Assembly: GCA_945290265.1 (NCBI GenBank)
Contig: CALYQW010000008.1
Coordinates: forward strand, 3,494-67,493
DNA: 64,000 nucleotides
Direction: 5' to 3'
Source: an uncultured Erwinia sp.
GTDB lineage: Bacteria; Pseudomonadota; Gammaproteobacteria; Enterobacterales; Enterobacteriaceae
This document shows positions 53,637 to 61,956 of this stretch, piece after piece (within the stretch, counting starts at the first letter, position 1; each line of letters begins with the position of its first letter). The notes beneath the pieces were generated by a model that saw only the letters and a program-made list of their open reading frames with translations, made no database searches and was not told the DNA's origin. A program made the translations under genes and the position numbers.

Positions 53637-55394
53637 TTAATACACGTCGCGCAGATAGCGTTTCTGCTTTTTCAGCTGGTCGATGTAGTTGGCGGTACTT
53701 TCTGCCGACAGTCCACCAAAGCGGCTGACAATTTCATACAGCGCCTGATCAACGTCTTTTGCCATCCGTGAGGCATCCCCACAGACGTAGAAGCAGCCGC
53801 CTTCTTCCAGCCACGCAAACAGCTCGGCACCCTGTTCCAGCATCCGATCCTGAACATAGATTTTCTCCGCCTGATCGCGTGAGAAGGCCAGATCCAACCG
53901 GGTCAACAGTCCGCTTTGCTGCCAGGCGTTCAGCTGATCCTGATAGATAAAGTCATGTTCCTGATGCTGATCGCCAAAGAACAGCCAGTTTTTCCCGCTG
54001 GCCCCCAGCGCTTCACGCTCTTCGAGGAAAGCGCGGAATGGTGCAATTCCGGTGCCAGGCCCAACCATAATCAGCGGCGCATTATTGTCTGCCGGCAGGC
54101 GGAACGCCTTGTTAGGCGAAATAAAAATCGCCGGCTTCTCGCCGCGTCCGGTACGGTCGCCGAGATAGGTCGAGCAGACGCCGTGACGGGCACGGCTGCT
54201 GCTGTGATAGCGCACTGCAGCCACCGTCAGGTGAACGTGATTCGGGTGCGCTTTTGGGCTGGAGGAGATGGAATAAGCGCGGTACTGCAGCGGACGCAGC
54301 AGGGCAACAAATTCACTGATGCTCAGGGTGCGCTTCAGCTCCAGCTGCAGCAGATCGAGAGTATCTTTGCCCCACAGCCAGACGCCCAGCGCATCGCGGT
54401 CATCATGCTGCAGTACGTGGCGCAGCTCCTGGTTGGTGGTGTTTTCACCGACCCACTCAATCAGCTTGCGTGACGGTTCGGAAATCTCGAACTGCCAGGT
54501 CAGCAGATCCCCCAGGCTGCGCTCAAAGCCGGGAACCGGGGTATCGTAGTCGGCTTTCAGTTGCGTCAGCAGCAGTTCAACCAGCTGCGGATCGTTAACC
54601 GGGATCACACCCAGCGCGTCACCTGCCTGATAGGTCAGGCCGCTGCCGCTGAGATCGAATTCAATATGACGGATCTCTTTACCGGACTGCTCGCCGGACA
54701 GGCGTTTATTGCTGATGATTTCTGCCGCATACGGGTTGTTCTTATTGCTGCCGGGGATCACCGGGGTTTCCGGCAGATTCTCCAGCACCGTGCCGCTGCT
54801 GCCCGCGCTGGCGGCAAACTGTGGCATGGACTGCTGCAGCCACTGTTCGGAAGGCTCTTCATACTCGATATCGCAGTCGATACGATCGCTGACGCGTTTC
54901 GCCCCCAGCTGCTCCAGACGCATATCAAAGAACTTACCGGCCTGGCAGAAGCCATCATAGCTGGTATCACCAATGGCCAGCACGGCAAAGTGCATATGCT
55001 CGAGGCGCGGGGCGGTGCTGGCGGAAAGCGCCTGCCAGAACAGCTGGGCGTTATCCGGCATTTCGCCTTCACCATAGGTTGAGGTGATGATCAGCACATG
55101 ACGCATGGTGGCAAACAGATCGATGTCGATCTCACCCAGCCCCTGAACCACCGGTACCAGCCCTTTGGCGCGCGCGGATCTGGCGGCGCTCTGTGCCAGC
55201 GCCTCGGCATTACCGGTCTGTGAGCCAAACAAAATATTCAGCTGGTTCGTCGAGGTGACGCCAGCGTGACTCGCAGCCTGCGGCTTCTCTTCCAGCACCA
55301 GTAGCCGGGAGTGCAGGCCGGCGAGAAAGCCCGCCAGCCAGTATTTTTGTTCGCCATTGAAGGGCGCATCTTCAGGAATATAAGGGATCTTCAT
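53637..55394 (-). CDS. CysJ-like diflavin (FMN + FAD/NADPH) reductase, sulfite reductase flavoprotein alpha family
   Basis: 585 aa. Flavodoxin motifs: ILFGSQTGNAE, ITSTYGEGEMPDNA, LAIGDTSYDGFCQAG. FAD/NADPH motifs: YRAYSISSSP, HGVCSTYL, VGPGTGIAPFRAFLEER, FYVCGDASRMAKDV. C-terminus RYLRDVY. It lies 59 nt downstream of the GltB-like gene on the same strand. No CysI-like partner is present. Confidence 0.85.
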   Translation of the reverse strand: MKIPYIPEDAPFNGEQKYWLAGFLAGLHSRLLVLEEKPQAASHAGVTSTNQLNILFGSQTGNAEALAQSAARSARAKGLVPVVQGLGEIDIDLFATMRHVLIITSTYGEGEMPDNAQLFWQALSASTAPRLEHMHFAVLAIGDTSYDGFCQAGKFFDMRLEQLGAKRVSDRIDCDIEYEEPSEQWLQQSMPQFAASAGSSGTVLENLPETPVIPGSNKNNPYAAEIISNKRLSGEQSGKEIRHIEFDLSGSGLTYQAGDALGVIPVNDPQLVELLLTQLKADYDTPVPGFERSLGDLLTWQFEISEPSRKLIEWVGENTTNQELRHVLQHDDRDALGVWLWGKDTLDLLQLELKRTLSISEFVALLRPLQYRAYSISSSPKAHPNHVHLTVAAVRYHSSSRARHGVCSTYLGDRTGRGEKPAIFISPNKAFRLPADNNAPLIMVGPGTGIAPFRAFLEEREALGASGKNWLFFGDQHQEHDFIYQDQLNAWQQSGLLTRLDLAFSRDQAEKIYVQDRMLEQGAELFAWLEEGGCFYVCGDASRMAKDVDQALYEIVSRFGGLSAESTANYIDQLKKQKRYLRDVY

Positions 55395-55453
55395 CGTATT
55401 TACTCAATCCTGTGTTTATGTTCATTTAACCTGCCACCTTTACCCGGGTGGTA

Positions 55454-58400
55454 TCAGGATAATTTGCCAACCGCCGCCGCTAATTCAGGCAGTGCCGCAC
55501 GGGCAAACAGCTCTTCAAAGTCAGGCAGGCTACCCAGCACCTGACGGTTATACGCATCCTGATAGATTATCCAGCCGTAGGTTGACAGGCTGTCCATGGA
55601 GCGAATATTGCGCCGGGTCAGGGCTGCCTTATAATCCGCCATGCGCTTTGCGGCGATCAGGCAGGTCAGCTGCTGGTCGTCATAGCTTTCAATCGCGGCG
55701 CGCGCATGGCGCTGCAGCTTGCTAATCAGGGCGAAGTCTTCGGTCATCAGCAGATTGCGTACTGCTTTTTCCACTGCCGCATCGTCCACCGCAGTGCCCT
55801 TCGGCAGTCGTGACAGTGCCAGCTGCTGGGCGGTGCTGAGCACGGTGTAATTGTTCAGCAGGATCAGCATCTCCGGAGTATCGGTTGCCCCATAGGCCGG
55901 CGCAGCCCCTTCGGCAATCGGCTTGCCTGCGCGCCACGCGGCCTTAAATTTCGCCACCTGATGAGCGGCCAGCGCAGCCGACAACTCTTCCAGCAGATCT
56001 TTGCGGCTTTTGGCTTTCAGGATCTCACCGCTGTCCTGATACAGCAGCAGTGAGCGCGGCATAATGTACACAAAGTGCTGGCACTCGCTTTCCCAGTTGT
56101 CCAGCAGCCAGGCGGCGCGCTCGGAGCCGGTTGCTGCCAGATGCCAGTTCAGCATGGTCAGCACGGTTTGCCGGTGTACCTGAGCCATTTCACTGTCTTC
56201 CGCCAGTGAGCCAAACAGCACCGAGTCACGAGCCGCGTAGCGGGCAAATTTGCCGTAAGGATCGTACTGCCAGGCAAAGCCGCCGCTCATGCCGTTACCA
56301 AAGCCCTTACCGAAGCTGCCGAGGTTCAGCACCGCTCCGTTGGTCATGTATTCGCAGCAGAAATCGCCCACGCCTTCCACGACCGCACTGGCACCGGAAT
56401 TACGAACCGCGAAGCGGTCACCGGCCTGACCCTGAACAAACAGTCGGCCACCGGTGGCACCAAACAGCGCGAAGTTACCGATCAGCACGTTACCATCGGC
56501 ATCCGGCGAGCCGCCGCCAGGGGAAACCACTGCAATCTCACCACCGCACTGGCCTTTACCCACGCCATCGTTACAGGTGCCGGTATGCGCCATCTGCATG
56601 CCGTCATTGCAGAACACGCCATAGGACTGCCCGGCCGAGCCGGAAGTCGTAATGCGCACGCTGTGCGGGGCCAGATAATGGCGACCACGATCGTCGCCCA
56701 GTACCGCCGACAGGCCATCGCGCGTAGCTGCATCCAGCTGATGGTTCAGCAAACGTTCAATATCAATCGCCAGCTGGCCGCCAACACTTTTGTGGCGATT
56801 GTTGAGGGTGATGCCGTTCCCCAGCAGGATCTCGCTGCGTGCTTCGTTAACCAGCTGCTGTTGCAGCGTCTCACCCCATGCGCTGTCGAGGGTAAAGTCT
56901 TTTTCCAGATACACCGGACTGGCAATATGAACTTCCGGCACCACGGTTAGCATGGCGCGCAGATCCAGACAGCCCACTTCCAGCGGGTGATCCATCAGGT
57001 GCAGCATATCGGCACGGCCACGAGCCTCACGCAGAGAGCGCAGGCCGAGGCGAGCGAGGATTTCCCGCACTTCGTGCGCCACGTTGAGGAAATACTGCGC
57101 CAGCTGACGCGGATCGCCATCAAAGGCTTCGGCATTGGTGGTCAGGCCGGCCGGGCATTTGACGTTACAGTTTTTCGCCATCACGCACTTCAGCATCATC
57201 AGCGCGGTGGTGCCGAATTCAAAGCTGTCGCCGCCCAGCAAAGCAGATTTCACCACGTCACTGCCGGTTTGCTGCGCGCCCGAGCAGCGCAGCTGCACTT
57301 TGTCACGCAGCCCGTTGGCGCACAGCGCCTGGTGGACTTCGGCAATGCCGATTTCCGCTACCCGCCCGGTATATTTCAGGCTGGTAACCGAGGCGGCACC
57401 GGTACCGCCGGTATTTCCGGCCACGTTAATCACGTCAGCACCGGCTTTCGCTACGCCAACGGCGATGGTGCCAATCCCTTCTGAGGACACCAGCTTGACG
57501 ATCACCCGCACCCGCGCAGCTTTACAGTCGTGGATCAGCTGCGCCAGATCTTCAATCGAGTAGGTATCATGGTGCGGTGGTGGCGACACCAGCTCAACGC
57601 CAGGGGTACCGCCACGTGCGGCGGCGATTTCCACGGTGACTTTGGCTGACGGCAGCTGGCCGCCTTCGCCGGGTTTCGCGCCCTGACCAATTTTAATTTC
57701 CAGTTCTTCCAGCATCGGGTCAGCCAGGTAGGCCGCCCAGACGCCGAAACGACCGGAAGCCAGCTGTTTGATACGTGACGCGCGCAGGGTGCCGTGACGC
57801 GAGTAGTGCTCACCCCCTTCACCACAGTTACTCATCCCACCGACCATATTGGTGCCGTGTGCCACCGCCTCATGGGCCGGTGCCACCAGTGCGCCGTGGC
57901 TCATTGCACCGGAGGCAAAAGTCCGGGTAATTTCGCAGGCAGGCTGGATTTCACTTAACGGCAGCGCTGGCGCAATGGTGAAGAAGCGCGACAGATAATC
58001 GGCAGCTTTGCCCTGCGCCATGATCACCAGGGACTCAGCGCTGACTTCGCTATGTTCGATCTCCGCGCCAAAGCGCGCCTTCAGCGTCTGTAGCAACACT
58101 TCCAGACGCTGCTGGTGTGGTTTCAGTCCAGCCACCGCATCCGGCAGGCGCAGCATAAATTCACCTGCCCGGCCGCCGCTTTCACACACCAGCCCGCGCA
58201 CCGCGAAGCTGTTATTCACCAGCGAATAGCGGTTCAGCTTGCGGCTGAATTCCGCCAGGCTGTCCACATGGGTTAAATCGCAGGGATAGGCCAGGATATC
58301 ACGCAGCGCAGCCGGGCGGCGCTTACGTTCCTGATACATCAGGCTTGAGAACTGACGGTAGTCCGGGGTGACGGCAAAGTGGTTGATAACCTCATCCGGA

Positions 58401-60982
58401 ATACGTTCAAAGCTGCTGCCGGCAAACGTAGTCTCTTTGATATCGAACGCATTGTTCAGTTTCGCCAGCGTCAGCAGACGCACAAACTGATCGTCTTCGC
58501 GCGGTTTATCGGCAAAGCGGATCGGCTGCTCCGTCATATCAATAAAGGTACGCACCGCAATAGTGCCGTAAGAGTGACCAGCACCTTCCGCCCGCTCTTT
58601 AAACAGCCCCAGCAGTGGCACTTCGGCTTCACTCTGAATTTTCAGGGCACTTTGATGCCAGTCTACGGCCATCTGCGCGATAGCGGCAAAGCCGGCACCG
58701 CCGACCGGGGTTTTGATATTGGGGAAATATTTCTTTAATACGGCATCGTTGGTATCGAGGAAGTTCGGCTCAAAGAATTCGCCGCAGCTGTAGCTTTCCA
58801 CAGTACAGAGTCCAACTTTACCCATGGTTTTCATCAGCGCTTTTTCAGCCGCTTTGGCATACAGCTTAAAGGCTTTATTGCCGCCTTCGCCTTCACCGTA
58901 TTTTTGTTCCGCGCGCATCTGCACGCCCAGCGGATAGATCGCTGAGGCACCGAAGCCGAGGGCGGCGGCAATATGGTGTGAAGAGATACTTTGTCCGCTC
59001 TCAACTACCAGGGACACGTCCAGACGCAGCCCTTCCTGCACCAGACGCTGGTTAGCAGCGGAGACCACCAGCAGCATCGGGATAGCGGCGCGTGAGGAGG
59101 CAATATGGCGGTCGGTCAGCACCGCAATGCCGCCCTGATCGCGGGCAAAATCCACCACCTGTTGCACGAGGTCGTCGACCGCCTGCTCCAGCGCCCGGGC
59201 ATTCGCCCGACGGCTCTGCTCATCATTGCCGATCACCGGCTGATACAGCATCTCAAAGCGGGCATAAGGGGCGACTTTCTGCTCACGCAGCTGCAGCATA
59301 TCCAGATGCGAGAGGATAGGGCCGGGCACCACGATTTGTTTGCCTTTGCTGCGTCCCAGGTGGGGTTTGGCCCCCAGCGCAACGCGCATCGTCATCCCGT
59401 CCGCTTCACGGATGGAATCCAGCGGCGGGTTGGTCACCTGGGCAAAGCGCTGGGAGAAGTAGTGCGCCATGCCACCTTCATGGTCGGAAAGGGCGTTGAT
59501 CGCGTTGCCGTAACCCATTGCCGAGATTTTCTCTGCACCGGTTGCCAGCATCGGATCCATCATAAATTTAAAGCTTTCCTGGTTGTAATAGTAGGCAACA
59601 AACCGCTGCCAGACTTGCAGATCGCCGCCGTAGCGCAGCGGTGAGCCCTGCTGCTCCGCCGGAACCGCAGGCAGCTCCTGTAGCGTAACACGCGACTGCG
59701 CCAGCAGCGCCGGATAGTCTTTCTCTGCTGCCAGTTTTTCCAGCGCTTCAACCGTGGTATAGCTGCGTTTTTCCTGATGATCGTAATAAAGCATGCCGCC
59801 GGCTTCGATACGGCCACGGCGCAGCACGCTTTGCGGCGGGAAGGCGATCTGACCGGCTTCGGACATCGCGCCTATATACTCAGCGGTCTCCACCGAGCGC
59901 AGCGGACGCAGCCCCAGACGGTCAAGACGGGCACCGATAATCTCACCGTTACCAAAAATCAGTGCTGCCGGGCCATCGTTTTTCTCTTCGTACAGTGAGA
60001 AATATTCCAGCATCGCGCGCACGTTGTCTGACAGGGAATCATCGTTCTCCCAGGCCGGTGGCATCATGGAAACCACGGCATAAATCAGCCCGAGGTTATC
60101 TTCCATCAGACGACTGTGGAGACTCTGATCGAGGCGTGAACTGTCCGACTGACCGTTTGGGCGCACAATTTTTTTGCCCCGGGCCAGTGCCAGTGCTGCT
60201 TCGGCAATACGGTTTTTACGGTCGGTATTCAGCTCACCGTTATGCGCCATCAGCCGGAAGGGCTGCGCCATGGTGGTGTGCGGATCGGTGTTGGTGGAGA
60301 AGCGGGTGTGGAAAAACAAACCGCGCACCTGGTGATCGGGATCGGTCAGATCGGCAAAGTAGGGGATTACCTCGCCGGAGTTCAGGCGGGCTTTAAATAC
60401 CTGAGTACGTGATGACAGCGACAGCGGATAGAGTCCGCCGAATTCTGCTTCAGTAAAAGCACGGGCTTCAATATCCAGCAGGGCGCGATAAATACATTTT
60501 TCAAATTCGTTCTGGTCGCTGATGCCCTGCGGGCGGGCAAAGATCCACTGCACAATCGGCAGCTGAAAAGAAATGGCTGCAGGAGGAAGCACCCGGGTAT
60601 CCAGCGGCAGATCGCGTTTCTTCATCACCTTCAGGCCGTAAGCCGCCAGGGTATCTTCCACCAGGCGTTCGCCGTTGGCGCGCAGTGCCGGATCTTTCGC
60701 CACGAAGAAGTTACCGACGCCAAAATGCCCGGCTTCCAGCAGCTGGCCGGTAATTTTGCGGAAGAAGGTCAACGAAAGATCGACGTTGACGCCAGCCCCG
60801 TCGCCGACGCCTTCAGCTGACATGCCACCACGGTGGGGAACGGTGCAAAGTGCACTGTGAGCCATCTGAAGGATCTCGTGGGTCTGCTCGCCATCCTTAC
60901 GCGTAATAAACCCCACGCCGCAGCTGTCATTTTCCTGGGTTGGGTCATATAAACCGTAGGGATAGGATATTGAGTCGGACAT
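55454..60982 (-). CDS. Atypical long glutamate synthase large-subunit-like protein (Ntn-amidotransferase + central + FMN/3Fe-4S + GXGXG domains, with extra segments)
   Basis: From ORF 55454..61012. ATG 60982 has an AAGGAGG Shine-Dalgarno 6 nt upstream and gives 1842 aa. Amidotransferase Cys context: ENDSCGVGF. Also HTRFSTNT and AHNGELNT. FMN domain: ASGAMSHGAL..AHEAVA.G.N..GG.SNCGEGGE, KIGQGAKPGEGGQLP, SPPPHHD.YSIEDLAQLI. Cys cluster: LKCVMAKNCNVKCPAG. GXGXG domain: GSAGQSYGVF, GVGDFCCEYMTNG, GNGMSGGFAW. It is about 350 aa longer than E. coli GltB as I remember it. Confidence 0.85.
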   Translation of the reverse strand: MSDSISYPYGLYDPTQENDSCGVGFITRKDGEQTHEILQMAHSALCTVPHRGGMSAEGVGDGAGVNVDLSLTFFRKITGQLLEAGHFGVGNFFVAKDPALRANGERLVEDTLAAYGLKVMKKRDLPLDTRVLPPAAISFQLPIVQWIFARPQGISDQNEFEKCIYRALLDIEARAFTEAEFGGLYPLSLSSRTQVFKARLNSGEVIPYFADLTDPDHQVRGLFFHTRFSTNTDPHTTMAQPFRLMAHNGELNTDRKNRIAEAALALARGKKIVRPNGQSDSSRLDQSLHSRLMEDNLGLIYAVVSMMPPAWENDDSLSDNVRAMLEYFSLYEEKNDGPAALIFGNGEIIGARLDRLGLRPLRSVETAEYIGAMSEAGQIAFPPQSVLRRGRIEAGGMLYYDHQEKRSYTTVEALEKLAAEKDYPALLAQSRVTLQELPAVPAEQQGSPLRYGGDLQVWQRFVAYYYNQESFKFMMDPMLATGAEKISAMGYGNAINALSDHEGGMAHYFSQRFAQVTNPPLDSIREADGMTMRVALGAKPHLGRSKGKQIVVPGPILSHLDMLQLREQKVAPYARFEMLYQPVIGNDEQSRRANARALEQAVDDLVQQVVDFARDQGGIAVLTDRHIASSRAAIPMLLVVSAANQRLVQEGLRLDVSLVVESGQSISSHHIAAALGFGASAIYPLGVQMRAEQKYGEGEGGNKAFKLYAKAAEKALMKTMGKVGLCTVESYSCGEFFEPNFLDTNDAVLKKYFPNIKTPVGGAGFAAIAQMAVDWHQSALKIQSEAEVPLLGLFKERAEGAGHSYGTIAVRTFIDMTEQPIRFADKPREDDQFVRLLTLAKLNNAFDIKETTFAGSSFERIPDEVINHFAVTPDYRQFSSLMYQERKRRPAALRDILAYPCDLTHVDSLAEFSRKLNRYSLVNNSFAVRGLVCESGGRAGEFMLRLPDAVAGLKPHQQRLEVLLQTLKARFGAEIEHSEVSAESLVIMAQGKAADYLSRFFTIAPALPLSEIQPACEITRTFASGAMSHGALVAPAHEAVAHGTNMVGGMSNCGEGGEHYSRHGTLRASRIKQLASGRFGVWAAYLADPMLEELEIKIGQGAKPGEGGQLPSAKVTVEIAAARGGTPGVELVSPPPHHDTYSIEDLAQLIHDCKAARVRVIVKLVSSEGIGTIAVGVAKAGADVINVAGNTGGTGAASVTSLKYTGRVAEIGIAEVHQALCANGLRDKVQLRCSGAQQTGSDVVKSALLGGDSFEFGTTALMMLKCVMAKNCNVKCPAGLTTNAEAFDGDPRQLAQYFLNVAHEVREILARLGLRSLREARGRADMLHLMDHPLEVGCLDLRAMLTVVPEVHIASPVYLEKDFTLDSAWGETLQQQLVNEARSEILLGNGITLNNRHKSVGGQLAIDIERLLNHQLDAATRDGLSAVLGDDRGRHYLAPHSVRITTSGSAGQSYGVFCNDGMQMAHTGTCNDGVGKGQCGGEIAVVSPGGGSPDADGNVLIGNFALFGATGGRLFVQGQAGDRFAVRNSGASAVVEGVGDFCCEYMTNGAVLNLGSFGKGFGNGMSGGFAWQYDPYGKFARYAARDSVLFGSLAEDSEMAQVHRQTVLTMLNWHLAATGSERAAWLLDNWESECQHFVYIMPRSLLLYQDSGEILKAKSRKDLLEELSAALAAHQVAKFKAAWRAGKPIAEGAAPAYGATDTPEMLILLNNYTVLSTAQQLALSRLPKGTAVDDAAVEKAVRNLLMTEDFALISKLQRHARAAIESYDDQQLTCLIAAKRMADYKAALTRRNIRSMDSLSTYGWIIYQDAYNRQVLGSLPDFEELFARAALPELAAAVGKLS

Positions 60983-61956
60983 TGCGAGCCTCCTTAAAAC
61001 TTCTCTGGACATTACCTTAGAACCTGATGGTCAGGCTCTTATTGTTTTAGTGATGGAGCACAGCACTCTTGCCGCTGGCTCTCTGTTATTTTCTGCCGCG
61101 CGCAGGCGGACACCTGAGGTCAGACGGCTTCAGTCCCGGGGCGAGGCCGCTAAAATTACGGGTATATTAATAATGGAAATAACCGGGCTCCTGAAGGAGT
61201 CTTTTATTGCATAGATATGCCGAAAGGCTGAGTCGTAAGACCTGCTTCCAGCGAATTTCCAACTTATCGGGAAAGCGCATCGAGGTCAAATTAAGTAATG
61301 ACTGAGGTTTTTTAACGTGTTTTTATTGTTATATGACTGATTATTATATGTTTATTCATTGTTTTTAACCGGATTTATATCCTTTGCACCGGACGAGAAG
61401 TGTGAGCTGTCTCACTATAGGGCAATAGAGAAATCTCTGCACCGTGCTGGTGCTACCGGGTATTGTTAGCATAAATGGCTGGAGTGATAACAAAAGTCCC
61501 GTAAAAATACTGTTTTTAATTCTATACATTAATAGATTTAAAACCGGGGGTACGATAAGAAATTTTAATTGCACGCAGAGTGCTTTTTTTTTCGTAAATA
61601 ATGAATGATTATTCGACGGGTAAAACAGGATGAAGCGGTCAGACCAAGCCACCGCACAGGAAAAGCGTCGCGATTAACACGCTCCTGGTCATCGGAGCGG
61701 CCTTACAGATTATGCAGTTATAAAATTTAGTCAATACCCTGCTGCCCGCTCGTACGCCCGGTGAGCGGATATTTTCTGTGAGGAAAATATTCGTCTGGCG
61801 CAGAAGGATGCTTCAGGTCAGCGCAGCGGGCTGATCCTGCACCATCATCGTACATCGGGTCACTGCACTTTTTATGCGCGTCAACGCTTGCGGTTAATGA
61901 TGGGTCTTTTAGCTGATTCCGGTATGATTATATTTATTACAGGCAGGGAGCGTTAT

